In this document: in pieces, positions 10,518 to 19,733 of the stretch
Layout of the letters: each line of letters opens with the position of its first letter
How positions within the stretch are numbered: position 1 is the first letter of the stretch
DNA from: Armatimonadota bacterium
GTDB taxonomy: Bacteria > Armatimonadota > UBA5829 > DTLH01
Direction: 5' to 3'
Assembly: GCA_039680575.1 (NCBI GenBank)
Contig: JBDKSP010000021.1
Coordinates: forward strand, 13,239 to 77,238
Length of the DNA stretch: 64,000 bases
Translations under genes and position numbers: made by a program
The notes under the pieces: generated by a model
Databases searched by the model: none
What the model was told of the DNA's origin: nothing
Seen by the model: only the letters and a program-made list of their open reading frames with translations

Positions 10518-10937
10518 GTGCTGCAAGGTTTGTTAGTTGCCGCTGTAGTAATAAACAGCCTGGTCCTGCTGGCTGTGGTCATAGCAGGGATTCTGATTGT
10601 CAAAAGGATCAGCAGGGCTGCAGATGCAGCGGAAGATGCAATAAATAATGTTCGTGATGAGCTGCCGACAACAATTAAAACAGCGAACGATACGCTGCGG
10701 GCAGCTCAAAGCACGCTAAAGTCAGTAGACAGGCTGGCAGACAGGACCACTGAGGAGCTTTACAGGGTAGATGATATTCTGGCATCAATAGACAAGCTGC
10801 TTAGAGGTGTGACTGTCGCAGATGCCGCTGTAAAGGTGGTCAAAAGTACACATTCGACAGCCGCTGGTGTACTGGCTGGAATCAAGGAAGCTCTGCGGGT
10901 TTTTCATTCATCAGCAGGGAAAACAAAGGAGGATTAG
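10518..10937 (+). CDS. DUF948/YtxG-like membrane-anchored coiled-coil stress protein
   Basis: GTG start 9 nt after GGAGG. Single N-terminal TM helix followed by a coiled coil. Size and architecture match Bacillus ytxG-type general stress proteins. Confidence 0.5.
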   Translation: MLQGLLVAAVVINSLVLLAVVIAGILIVKRISRAADAAEDAINNVRDELPTTIKTANDTLRAAQSTLKSVDRLADRTTEELYRVDDILASIDKLLRGVTVADAAVKVVKSTHSTAAGVLAGIKEALRVFHSSAGKTKED

Positions 10938-10941
10938 GGAT

Positions 10942-11208
10942 ATGAGTAATAACGAAGAGAAAGGTGTTGCTCTGAACTTTCTGGCAGGAGTTGGTATAGG
11001 TGCAATAATCGGTGCAGGAATAGCGCTTTTGTTTGCACCCAAATCAGGTACTGAGACTCGCGATGATATCAAAAACGCGATGCATGAACTGTCAAAATCG
11101 ACGGAAGACCTTCGAAATAAAAGCGCTGAGATAGTCGAATCAGCGAAAGCCAGAGTCCAGGAGACCATAAATAGAAGACGGATAGGTGAAGAGTCTGAAG
11201 AGGCCTAA
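10942..11208 (+). CDS. YtxH-like general stress protein
   Basis: AAAGGAGG RBS. N-terminal motif GAGIALLFAPKSGTETRDDI is the hallmark of the YtxH family. Confidence 0.65.
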   Translation: MSNNEEKGVALNFLAGVGIGAIIGAGIALLFAPKSGTETRDDIKNAMHELSKSTEDLRNKSAEIVESAKARVQETINRRRIGEESEEA

Positions 11209-11366
11209 TCCAAAATCCGAAAACTCCTCAAAATGGAACGTTTCTATTTGGGATATACGTAGGCTTTCAGGGGAATGATTAGAGTAGGATTCACTACCGT
11301 GCTGTGGTCCATTTCAGGGCAGAATGGAGTGATATCGAAGTGAATTTCAGTATAGATACATACAAT

Positions 11367-11693
11367 ATGGAAAGCGGTGTGCCGGTCATAAAACTGACCG
11401 GTGAAGTCGACGTCTATACCGCGCCGCAGCTAAAGCAGCAGATGATAGGAATGCTCGAAGCAGGCGCGAATCAGATTCTCATTGATCTTACGGAAGTCGA
11501 GTACTTCGACAGCACAGCTCTTGGTGTGCTGATCGGGGGCCTCAAGCGGATGAGGGAACGTGACGGTAACCTATCGCTGATATGCCCGAACCCAAGGATC
11601 CGCCGGGTTTTCGAGATAACCGGGCTGGACAAGATTTTTGACATCTACAACAGCGCAGATGAAGCAAAAATCGCGATCCAACTGGTACCGTGA
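11367..11693 (+). CDS. anti-sigma factor antagonist (STAS domain, RsbV/SpoIIAA-like)
   Basis: STAS fold signature LTGEVDVYTAPQL...DLTEVEYFDSTALGVLIG, with the phosphorylatable Ser in DST. The ORF is open from 11304; the ATG at 11367 is preferred. Confidence 0.8.
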   Translation: MESGVPVIKLTGEVDVYTAPQLKQQMIGMLEAGANQILIDLTEVEYFDSTALGVLIGGLKRMRERDGNLSLICPNPRIRRVFEITGLDKIFDIYNSADEAKIAIQLVP

Positions 11694-11766
11694 TCACAAT
11701 GAGAATCGGTATAACCGGCGGAGCATTACTCCCGTTGGTTTCAGTAAGAGAAGGGAGCGTGGTTCG

Positions 11767-12183
11767 GTGGATGCTCAAAGTGAGCCCGCTGTTGTAGAGC
11801 TCAGGATACCTTGCAGGCCCGAATACGTCGGCGTTGCAAGACTGGCATTACTTGGCGTTGCAAGCAGGATGAAATTCTCATACGACCAGGTAGAAGATGT
11901 CAGGCTCGCTGTCGGAGAAGCCTGCACGACCTCGGTCGAGTGGGCCACAAAGAATAATCGGGCAGATACTGATATCGTTGTCAGAAGCAGTATCGCTGAT
12001 ACGAAACTGACAGTAGATATCATTGACAGTTCAGGTGAGCGGCGAGAGGCGCCCGCTGATCAGGAGAACGATAACGAGCCTGAAAGCCTTGGCGCGCTGC
12101 TGATAACGCTGCTCGTTGACGAGGTTACAGTGACACCAATTAACGGTGGCACACATGTCAAAATGGTTAAATATGCGGGTTAA
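11767..12183 (+). CDS. anti-sigma factor serine kinase (RsbW/SpoIIAB-like GHKL ATPase)
   Basis: HATPase_c_2-like block VRLAVGEACTTSVEWA. Position between the antagonist and the sigma gene. The start is uncertain: the ORF is open from 11638, and an in-frame GTG at 11767 is used here. Confidence 0.65.
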   Translation: MDAQSEPAVVELRIPCRPEYVGVARLALLGVASRMKFSYDQVEDVRLAVGEACTTSVEWATKNNRADTDIVVRSSIADTKLTVDIIDSSGERREAPADQENDNEPESLGALLITLLVDEVTVTPINGGTHVKMVKYAG

Positions 12184-12187
12184 TGCT

Positions 12188-12961
12188 ATGGCAACGCGAA
12201 GAAAGGGTGGCGTTGCGGGATGGACAGACGAAGAGACTGAGCAATTGTTTCGTCGTTATACCAGGACGCGAGACCCTCAAATTCGCGATCAGCTTGTCAT
12301 AATGCATCAGAACCTGGTGCGTTTTTTGGCGGGCAAGTTTGCGAACAGGGGTGAGGCACTTGAGGATCTCGTTCAGGTCGGCGTCATCGGGCTTATAAAT
12401 GCGATTGACAGGTTCGATCCTGAGCGGGGAACCAAGTTCTCGACCTATGCGACTCCAACAATTGTAGGTGAGATCCGACGCCATTTCCGCGACAAAGCAT
12501 GGAGCTTGAAAGTACCCCGCCGCCTGCAGGAGCTGAACCTTGCTGCAAATAAGGCTGCGGAGAGGTTAAGTCAATCACTCGGTCGCCCACCAACCATCCA
12601 GGATATTGCAAATGAAGTAGGCGCGACGGAAGAAGAGACGCTCGAAGCAATAGAACTTGGAAACGCCTACGACACGGTCTCTCTGGACAGCAAGCTGTCT
12701 CATGAGGGGGAATCCGCACCGCTTACTCTTGCGGAATTCGTAGGTGGGATGGATGGGTCGCTGCAGAACATAGATACTTACGGTGACCTGAAACAGGCGA
12801 TGGAGTGCCTTGAACCAAGAGAAAAGGCGATTATTTACTATCGCTTCTTTAAGGATATGTCTCAGACTGAGGTCGCGCGGAGACTGAACATCTCACAGAT
12901 GCATGTTTCCAGACTTCAGCAAAAAGCGCTGAAACGGTTGAAAGACCTGCTCAACGAATAA
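12188..12961 (+). CDS. RNA polymerase sigma factor, group 3 (SigB/SigF-like)
   Basis: Region 2 LVQVGVIGLINAIDRFDPERGTKFSTYATPTIVGEIRRHFRD, and a region 4 helix-turn-helix (MSQTEVARRLNISQMHVSRL). The ATG lies 4 nt after the stop of the kinase gene. Confidence 0.85.
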   Translation: MATRRKGGVAGWTDEETEQLFRRYTRTRDPQIRDQLVIMHQNLVRFLAGKFANRGEALEDLVQVGVIGLINAIDRFDPERGTKFSTYATPTIVGEIRRHFRDKAWSLKVPRRLQELNLAANKAAERLSQSLGRPPTIQDIANEVGATEEETLEAIELGNAYDTVSLDSKLSHEGESAPLTLAEFVGGMDGSLQNIDTYGDLKQAMECLEPREKAIIYYRFFKDMSQTEVARRLNISQMHVSRLQQKALKRLKDLLNE

Positions 12962-13026
12962 AAGAATGCATTCATCAAGGCGGAGGGGCTTACCATTGCC
13001 CTCCGCCATCACTGGTATCTCACACT

Positions 13027-14175
13027 ATGATTACAAACAGTTGGGTTCGTATTACCGCATGGGCTGCAGGGCTTCTGGCAGTCGCAGCAGCGCTTCACAT
13101 CATCCAATTATCATACCTGCCGGTCATCAAACCTGTGCTGGATGTACTGTTGCCGATTTCCATTGCTTTTGTACTGGCGCTACTTCTCGATTCTACTATC
13201 GACAGGATACAAAAACGGGGTATTTCCCGCGGCGCGGCCGTAGGGATTGTAGCGCTTGCCTTTGTGGCTATAATCGTTATATCGGCTGTTTTCCTGATAC
13301 CGGCTTTGATCGATCAGGCGAAAGAACTGGGGTTGAATGCTCCCGGATACACCCGCGATGCAGGAGTATATATAAACAGGTTCATGTCGGAGCATCGCAG
13401 TCTGCTGGAGCGTGTGCACCTGCCGACCACTATGGAAGGTATATCGACTCGTTATGGAAGCCAGATCGAAAAAGTGGCCGCAGCATCGTTTTCACGGGTC
13501 GGAACATGGTTGGGAGGACTCTTATCCAGCATCGTATGGCTGGTAATTATCCCTATTGTCACGATTTTCCTTTTGATCGATATCGATAAGATCAAAGCGA
13601 AGGCGCTTCTTCTTGCGCCGGAACGCCACAGGGAGCGGACAGCCTCGCTGGCAAGCTCCGTAGGACGTGTATTTGGAGCCTACATCCGGGGGCTCTTAAC
13701 TGTATCAGTTCTGTATGGAATAGCCTGCGGCGTTGTTATCTGGGCTTTGGGTGTGCCATATGCGGTGATTCTGGGAGCTGCGGCAGGCGTTTTGTCGCTG
13801 GTTCCTTATATAGGCACGATAAGCACTGTAATTCTAGTCGGCACCGTCGCAATGGTCGCAAGCGGGAACCCTGTGATGGGTATATGGGCTGCTCTCGCCA
13901 TTCTTGTGATGAACCAGGCCTTCGATAATGCAGTTACCCCCAAGATCGTCGGCAAGGCTGTAGGTCTTCACCCGGCACTTTCGATAATATCACTCCTAAT
14001 CGGTGCGAGGATGTTCGGGTTTATCGGCATGATAATCTCTGTTCCGGTCGCTGCGAGCATACAGATCCTTGTTTTGGAGTTCTACCCGCCGCTGAGGGGA
14101 CCGGAAGAGGAAGAAAAGCCCAAAAAACCGTCTCTTTTCACAAGATTCGGAAACCTCTTGAAGAAGCAGAAGTAA
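13027..14175 (+). CDS. AI-2E family (PerM/YhhT-like) transporter
   Basis: About 8 TM helices and a length of 382 aa, with the conserved AI-2E layout. A low-complexity acidic/basic C-terminal tail. Confidence 0.6.
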   Translation: MITNSWVRITAWAAGLLAVAAALHIIQLSYLPVIKPVLDVLLPISIAFVLALLLDSTIDRIQKRGISRGAAVGIVALAFVAIIVISAVFLIPALIDQAKELGLNAPGYTRDAGVYINRFMSEHRSLLERVHLPTTMEGISTRYGSQIEKVAAASFSRVGTWLGGLLSSIVWLVIIPIVTIFLLIDIDKIKAKALLLAPERHRERTASLASSVGRVFGAYIRGLLTVSVLYGIACGVVIWALGVPYAVILGAAAGVLSLVPYIGTISTVILVGTVAMVASGNPVMGIWAALAILVMNQAFDNAVTPKIVGKAVGLHPALSIISLLIGARMFGFIGMIISVPVAASIQILVLEFYPPLRGPEEEEKPKKPSLFTRFGNLLKKQK

Positions 14176-14352
14176 CTAATATACGATGGAGTATAATTTG
14201 ATTATATGTGTTCTGACAGAAAATATATAACTATATCTTGAATAGTAAGGTTGAATGCGATATACTTCGGTAGAGCCCGTGGCAGTATCTGAGGCTGAAT
14301 ATCAGTTTGAGGTAGTGCGCACGGGCATTTTCTCTGAAGGGGGGAAATAAAA

Positions 14353-15114
14353 GTGGGAGAAATAGTGGAATTTATAAATCCAGAGCCAAGTGAGGTTGCA
14401 GGCAAACAGGCCAGAACTGCAGTTAAGCGTAATGGGCCAAAATGGGAGATAGATGCACGTGAAAAACTGAAAGCTTCGATAAAACGATTCAATAAGGCCC
14501 TTGTTGATTTAAAGGATCGAGATGCAAATGAAGCAGATACTCGATTATTCGTTACTGATGTATTATGTGATGCTCTTGGGTTAGATAAATATACAGAATT
14601 ATGCACAGAGTATCGTGTAAAGGGTGAGTATGTAGACTATGGCATCCGTTTAGAAAATGATATGATTGCATTTGTTGAAGTTAAGCGGATAAATACGAAA
14701 CTAGGGACAAAGCATCTTAGGCAAGTTCAGAATTATGCGGTAAATGAGGGAGTCGAGTGGATTATTCTTACTAACGGAGCGCAGTGGCAGGTATATCACT
14801 TAAGTGGTGGGCTTCCACTCATCACTGATCTTGCAATAGAGATAGATTTGCTTGGCGATATTCCAATGGGGCAGAAGGTAAACACGATGTTTTATCTTAC
14901 ACGTGATGCCCTAAAACGCGGGAAGCTTATGGATCTTTGGCAGGAAAAACGAGTTACTGCTCCTAATTCTTTAGCGCGGATATTACTGTCTGATTCAATT
15001 GTTATTGCCGTTAGAAAAGAGCTGAAAAAGGCAACTGGCTATAATATAGATCCCACCGAAATAGTTCGCTTGGTTAAGGAGACGTGCTTAAAGCCAGAGT
15101 GTTTTGAGAAGTAA
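14353..15114 (+). CDS. stand-alone HsdR-N/Mrr-like PD-(D/E)xK nuclease-fold protein
   Basis: Motifs NEADTRLFVTDVL, VDYGI and FVEVKR, followed by YAVNEGVEWIILTNGAQWQVY, match the N-terminal nuclease domain of type I restriction R subunits. The gene and its 5' spacer are markedly AT-rich relative to the flanks. Confidence 0.6.
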   Translation: MGEIVEFINPEPSEVAGKQARTAVKRNGPKWEIDAREKLKASIKRFNKALVDLKDRDANEADTRLFVTDVLCDALGLDKYTELCTEYRVKGEYVDYGIRLENDMIAFVEVKRINTKLGTKHLRQVQNYAVNEGVEWIILTNGAQWQVYHLSGGLPLITDLAIEIDLLGDIPMGQKVNTMFYLTRDALKRGKLMDLWQEKRVTAPNSLARILLSDSIVIAVRKELKKATGYNIDPTEIVRLVKETCLKPECFEK

Positions 15115-15115
15115 G

Positions 15116-15141
15116 AAAAAGGGCCGGGCTTCAACCCGGCC
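15116..15141 (-). terminator. rho-independent terminator (hairpin ggccgggcttcaacccggcc plus T5 on the minus strand), downstream of aspS and MITE copy B
   Basis: Perfect 7-bp GC stem. A ttttt run follows on the minus strand. A similar hairpin recurs at 57790-57809. Confidence 0.5.
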
Positions 15142-15163
15142 AATAATCATCGATTTCTGTATG

Positions 15164-15363
15164 CGTAAGAGTTCAGAGTTGATGAGTATAATATCATGCT
15201 GAACTACCACAACGTCATTCCGAGCTTGACTCGGAATCCAGGAAAAACTGGACCCTGAATCAAGTTCAGGGTGACGTGTTTGCCGTCCAGGGTGACGTCC
15301 TTCCATAATGACGAGTTAGTTGTTCAGGGTAATATATAATTCTTACAAGAGTGAACTATTACC
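15164..15363. mobile_element. MITE-like palindromic repeat, copy B (inverted relative to copy A)
   Basis: TIRs gtaagagttcagagttg / caagagtgaactattac. Internal gctgagcttgactcgg... and ccctgaatcaagttcaggg palindromes. Confidence 0.7.
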
Positions 15364-15448
15364 TGTATGCTATGGAAGCAACATTGTATAATATTGCAGG
15401 CTTATGTTGAACAATCATTCCCACGGCCTTCAGTATGTAAAACTAACG

Positions 15449-17224
15449 CTACTCTTCTTCCTCCAAAACCTGTATGTGCAGTTCTTGGAGCTGCGCGTCA
15501 TCTACCGGTGCGGGCGCGGCAGTCATCGGATCGATTCCTGTCGATGTCTTCGGGAAGGCTATGACCTCGCGGATGCTGTCGTCGTCCGTGAAGAGCGTCA
15601 CTGTCCGGTCGATACCTGATGCGAACCCACCGTGCGGCGGCGCGCCATACTCGAAAGCTTCCAGCATGTGCCCGAACCGCTCCTGGGCGGCTTCTTCGCT
15701 GTAGTTCATAAGCTCGAAGACCTTTGTCTGGACATCGCGCCTGTGTATTCTTATGCTGCCTGAACCAAGCTCGAACCCGTTACAGACCAAATCATAACAC
15801 CATGCTCGGACTCTCGCCGGGTCGGTTTCGAGATACTGCATATCGTCCTCGTGCGGCGATGTAAACGGGTGGTGCATAGCGTCCCAGCGCTTCCCAGCCT
15901 CATCCCACTCGACCAGCGGGAAGTCTACTACCCAGCAGAACGCCATTTCATCTTTGTTCGCAAGTCCAAGGCGTTTACCCATCTCTGCTCTCATACGCCC
16001 AAGCGCGGAAGCGACCACTTCCGGCTTATCCGCAACAATTGCAAGAAGATCGCCGGTCTTTGCATGTGCTCGCTCGATGATGGCAGCCATCTGTTCATCA
16101 GTCAGGAATTTGGCAATAGAAGATTTGACGCCGTCTTCGAGAACTGCAATGGTAACCAGTCCCTTTGCTCCGAATGTCTTAGCGAACTGGGTAAGATCGT
16201 CTATTTCTTTTCTGCTGTAACCGGCGCAGCCAGGGAGAGTAATACCCTTAACCTGCCCGCCGGACTCCGCAGTGTTCTTGAAGACCTGGAAATCGGTCGT
16301 TCCGGCAATATCAGTAAGGTTATAGAGCTCCATTCCGAACCTGAGGTCTGGCTTGTCCGAGCCGTAGCGCTCCATTACCTCATTATAGGAATATCTCGGG
16401 AACGGTACAGGGAACTTGATCTTCTTATCTGAGAGCTTTTCGACCATCTGAGAATGGAGATCATCCATGAGCTCGAAAACGTCTTCCTGCTTGATGAAAC
16501 TCATCTCCAGGTCGAGTTGTGTGAACTCAGGCTGGCGGTCGGCTCGTGGGTCCTCGTCCCTGAAACATCTGGCTATCTGGAAATAGCGTTCGAAACCCGC
16601 AACCATCAGAAGCTGCTTGAGCTGCTGAGGAGACTGCGGAAGCGCGTAGAACGAACCAGGATAAAGCCTTGCGGGCACAAGATAGTCTCTTGCGCCTTCC
16701 GGTGTGCTCTTGATGAGAACTGGAGTCTCGACCTCGATAAAATTGTGCTCGTCCATGAAGTCTCGAATGAGCTTCACGATCTTGTGACGGAGGAATATCC
16801 TATGCTGCATATTGGGTCGGCGCAGGTCGAGATAACGGTACTTCATACGGATCATCTCGTCCACGTCGATCTGGTCTGAGATAGGGAAGGGCGGCGTCTT
16901 GGCGGTATTAAGCACTTCGATAGCGGACACTTCTACCTCGACTTCGCCGGTCTTCAGATGCGGGTTCTCGGTCCCTTCGGGGCGCAGTCGTATCTTGCCG
17001 GTAATCTCCAGAACGTATTCGCCTCGCACTCCTTCAGCGACTTTGAATGGGTCAGGAGTCTTTACCGGGTCGATGACCGTTTGGATGATTCCCGTCCTGT
17101 CGCGAAGGTCGATGAATATCAAGCCGCCGTGGTCACGAATCCGCTGAACCCAGCCGTTAAGCCGGATTTCCTGACCTGTCTGATCGGCTGTAACCTCGCC
17201 GCACCACACTGTTCTTTTTAGCAT
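15449..17224 (-). CDS. aspS: aspartate--tRNA ligase
   Basis: N-terminal OB-fold anticodon-binding domain, the bacterial insertion domain, class II motifs (FRDEDPRADRQPEFTQLD, GGFASGIDR). Length 591 aa. Confidence 0.9.
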   Translation of the reverse strand: MLKRTVWCGEVTADQTGQEIRLNGWVQRIRDHGGLIFIDLRDRTGIIQTVIDPVKTPDPFKVAEGVRGEYVLEITGKIRLRPEGTENPHLKTGEVEVEVSAIEVLNTAKTPPFPISDQIDVDEMIRMKYRYLDLRRPNMQHRIFLRHKIVKLIRDFMDEHNFIEVETPVLIKSTPEGARDYLVPARLYPGSFYALPQSPQQLKQLLMVAGFERYFQIARCFRDEDPRADRQPEFTQLDLEMSFIKQEDVFELMDDLHSQMVEKLSDKKIKFPVPFPRYSYNEVMERYGSDKPDLRFGMELYNLTDIAGTTDFQVFKNTAESGGQVKGITLPGCAGYSRKEIDDLTQFAKTFGAKGLVTIAVLEDGVKSSIAKFLTDEQMAAIIERAHAKTGDLLAIVADKPEVVASALGRMRAEMGKRLGLANKDEMAFCWVVDFPLVEWDEAGKRWDAMHHPFTSPHEDDMQYLETDPARVRAWCYDLVCNGFELGSGSIRIHRRDVQTKVFELMNYSEEAAQERFGHMLEAFEYGAPPHGGFASGIDRTVTLFTDDDSIREVIAFPKTSTGIDPMTAAPAPVDDAQLQELHIQVLEEEE

Positions 17225-18471
17225 ACTGCCTCCACAACTTTATCGATAGGGACTTCCCGCTGCTCTTTTGCAAGCATATCTCTCACGGATACTACGCCCT
17301 TTTTGATCTCATCTTCACCGATTATCAATACGAACTTCGCGCCGAGTTTGTCAGCAAGTTTCATCTGTGACTTGAGGCTCCTTCCGGTAAAATCGGTTTC
17401 TGCTGATATACCATTATCTCTCAGGTCATAAATAAGCCTGATTGCCGCTTCACGCGCTTCGTTTCCCATTACAGCGAGGAAAACACTCGGTCTGGTATCC
17501 ACTTCAAGGTCGATCCCGAGCTTTTCGAGTGTCAGGAGGAGCCTCTCCATACCCAGCCCGAAACCGAGCGATGGAGTAGGGGAGCCGCCCATTTCTTCGA
17601 TCATCATATCGTACCGCCCGCCGCCGCAAATGGTGTTTTGCGCGCCGAGGTGAGGAGTCTGGAACTCGAATATCGTCCTCGTGTAGTAGTCGAGCCCTCG
17701 AACAAGGTGCGGATCTAGCACATAAGGGATATTCAGCGCTGTCAGATAGCTCTTTACCGTCTCAAAGTGCGTCTTGCAGTCGTCGCAGATTATATCCACA
17801 ATCACAGGAGCATCAGCGAGGAGTTCCCTGCAGTGCTCATCCTTGCAATCGAGCATTCTAAGCGGGTTTTGTTCGTATCTCACCTGACATGTCGGACAGA
17901 GCTCTTTTACAAAAGGTGCTGCGAACTTGCGGAGCGCCTCTCGATATGTCGGGCGGTCTTCCGGGCCGCCGATTGAGTTTAGCCGCAGTTCTACGCCCGT
18001 AATTCCGAGGTCTTTGAAGAACTTCCACGCAAGAGAGATCACCTCGACATCGGCTGACGGGTCAGCAGCGCCGATCATCTCAAGCCCCATCTGGTTGTGC
18101 TCTCTGTAGCGCCCGGATTGAGGCCGTTCATAGCGGAAAATCCGGCTGAAATAGTAAAGTTTCGATACAGGTAGTTCTGTACCAAGATTGTGTTCCAGAT
18201 AAGCCCGTACCGTGGGAGGCGTACCTTCCGGTTTAAGCGTCAGGCTTCGTCCGCCCTGATCGGTAAAAGTATACATCTGCTTTGTGACGATATCCGTCGT
18301 CTTACCCGTGTGGCGAGTAAAAAGCTCAGTCTCTTCGAATGTTGGAGTCCGTATCTCCCTGAAGTCGAAAAGCCTGCATATTTCCCTGAATTTATTCTCA
18401 ATAAACTGCCAACGCGGGGTTGCAGACGGTAAGACATCCTGCGTTCCCCGCGGCGCATTGAACCTGGTCAT
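17218..18471 (-). CDS. hisS: histidine--tRNA ligase
   Basis: Class II aaRS motifs and HisS-specific regions (RGTQDVLP, YFSRIFRYERPQSGRYREHNQ). GGAGGAG RBS ahead of the internal Met. The ORF extends to 18504. Overlaps the aspS start by 7 nt. Confidence 0.9.
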   Translation of the reverse strand: MTRFNAPRGTQDVLPSATPRWQFIENKFREICRLFDFREIRTPTFEETELFTRHTGKTTDIVTKQMYTFTDQGGRSLTLKPEGTPPTVRAYLEHNLGTELPVSKLYYFSRIFRYERPQSGRYREHNQMGLEMIGAADPSADVEVISLAWKFFKDLGITGVELRLNSIGGPEDRPTYREALRKFAAPFVKELCPTCQVRYEQNPLRMLDCKDEHCRELLADAPVIVDIICDDCKTHFETVKSYLTALNIPYVLDPHLVRGLDYYTRTIFEFQTPHLGAQNTICGGGRYDMMIEEMGGSPTPSLGFGLGMERLLLTLEKLGIDLEVDTRPSVFLAVMGNEAREAAIRLIYDLRDNGISAETDFTGRSLKSQMKLADKLGAKFVLIIGEDEIKKGVVSVRDMLAKEQREVPIDKVVEAVC

Positions 18472-18535
18472 TTTATAATAGCTCCTCCACATGATATTAG
18501 CCAAAATGCCTTATTGTGTCAAACTGCAGGAGTTT

Positions 18536-18643
18536 GTAAAGAGCTCAGGGTTGATGAGAATAGCATCATGCTGGATTATCACAACGTCATGCTGAGCTTG
18601 ACTCAGCATCCAGGAAGAAAATGGACCCTGAATCAAGTTCAAA
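18536..18643. mobile_element. MITE-like repeat, truncated copy C (same orientation as copy B)
   Basis: Shares about 100 bp with copies B and E (gttgatgag...catcatgctg...caacgtcatgctgagcttgactcagcat...ggaccctgaatcaagttca). The distal half is absent. Confidence 0.6.
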
Positions 18644-18818
18644 GCGAATGCGTCTAAATTTTGAAACGCGAATTACGCGGATTTAACGGATTTTGCGATT
18701 CAGAATCTTTGGTAACGATTCGAAATAAGAGCGTTTGCCCTCCAAACTGCCTCTAGCCACATCGTATCCCAACTGATAAAATAACAACTGTATTCGATTA
18801 AATAGACAGCAGGTTGTT

Positions 18819-19733
18819 ATGGCTGATAAATACTATGTTGCCGGGATCGACGGCGGCGGGTCTAAAACAGAATGCGCGATAGTGGACCAGGACGGGCTTT
18901 GTGTGGCCATCGGCCTCGGTGGTCCTTCTAATATTTTTTATGCGGATATTTCAAATGTAATCGAGTCTCTCGATACAGCCATGGCTTCCGCAATTGAAAA
19001 CGCTGGTGAACACGTGAAAGTCGTACTCACCGGATGCACTCACCGGGCAGCGCGAATTCCCGAAGTTAAGGCTCGGATATCGGAACGCCTGGGCGGGGAT
19101 GTCCGCCTGTATACTGAGGGGGAAGCCGCGCTGGGAAGCGCCGGGTTTTCAGAGCGTTTCGGGATAGCTCTCATCGCAGGTACCGGCAGCAGCGCATTCG
19201 GATTTACACGTGATGGAAAGCGCTGCCGTGCCGGAGGGTGGGGGATGCTCTTGGGCGACGAAGGCAGCGCGTATGATATTGCCGTAAGCGGGCTAAGGTC
19301 CGCCACGCGGATGATGGACGGAAGAGGCCCGAAAACGGTAATTCTCGACCGTGCCTGCGAGCACTTCTGTATTTCCCCCGGCTTTGAGTCCTTCGTTCAG
19401 TTCTTCAAGGGTACGCCGAGGGATAAAATTGCATCGTTTGCGCCGATGGTCACAGCCGCTGCTCGTGAAGGCGATACGGCAGCTGAAACGATTGTTTCTA
19501 ATGCCGCAAGGGACCTTGCGGAGTGTGTCATCGCATTAGCGCGTAAGCTATTCTCACAGGATGATGAATTCCCGGTAGCGCTTCACGGCGGAGTTATGCG
19601 TGACAGCAGGACGGCGGAATGCATAACCGAGTTGATAAAAGAAAGATACCCTAATGCCGATGTCCGCACTCCGATATACAGTCCCGGTGTCGGGCTCGCG
19701 CTTTTTACACTGAATGATATGGTAGGTGGATAA
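18819..19733 (+). CDS. BadF/BadG/BcrA/BcrD-type ATPase (N-acetylglucosamine-kinase-like)
   Basis: ASKHA-superfamily N-terminal phosphate-1 loop VAGIDGGGSKTE and the ADENOSINE motif IAGTGS. Length 304 aa. Confidence 0.7.
   Translation: MADKYYVAGIDGGGSKTECAIVDQDGLCVAIGLGGPSNIFYADISNVIESLDTAMASAIENAGEHVKVVLTGCTHRAARIPEVKARISERLGGDVRLYTEGEAALGSAGFSERFGIALIAGTGSSAFGFTRDGKRCRAGGWGMLLGDEGSAYDIAVSGLRSATRMMDGRGPKTVILDRACEHFCISPGFESFVQFFKGTPRDKIASFAPMVTAAAREGDTAAETIVSNAARDLAECVIALARKLFSQDDEFPVALHGGVMRDSRTAECITELIKERYPNADVRTPIYSPGVGLALFTLNDMVGG

Noticed and set aside
12966-13589. A 207-aa ORF overlapping the AI-2E transporter in another frame
   Set aside because: The 13027-14175 frame encodes a coherent polytopic membrane protein. 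The alternative frame is Arg/Cys-rich without features.
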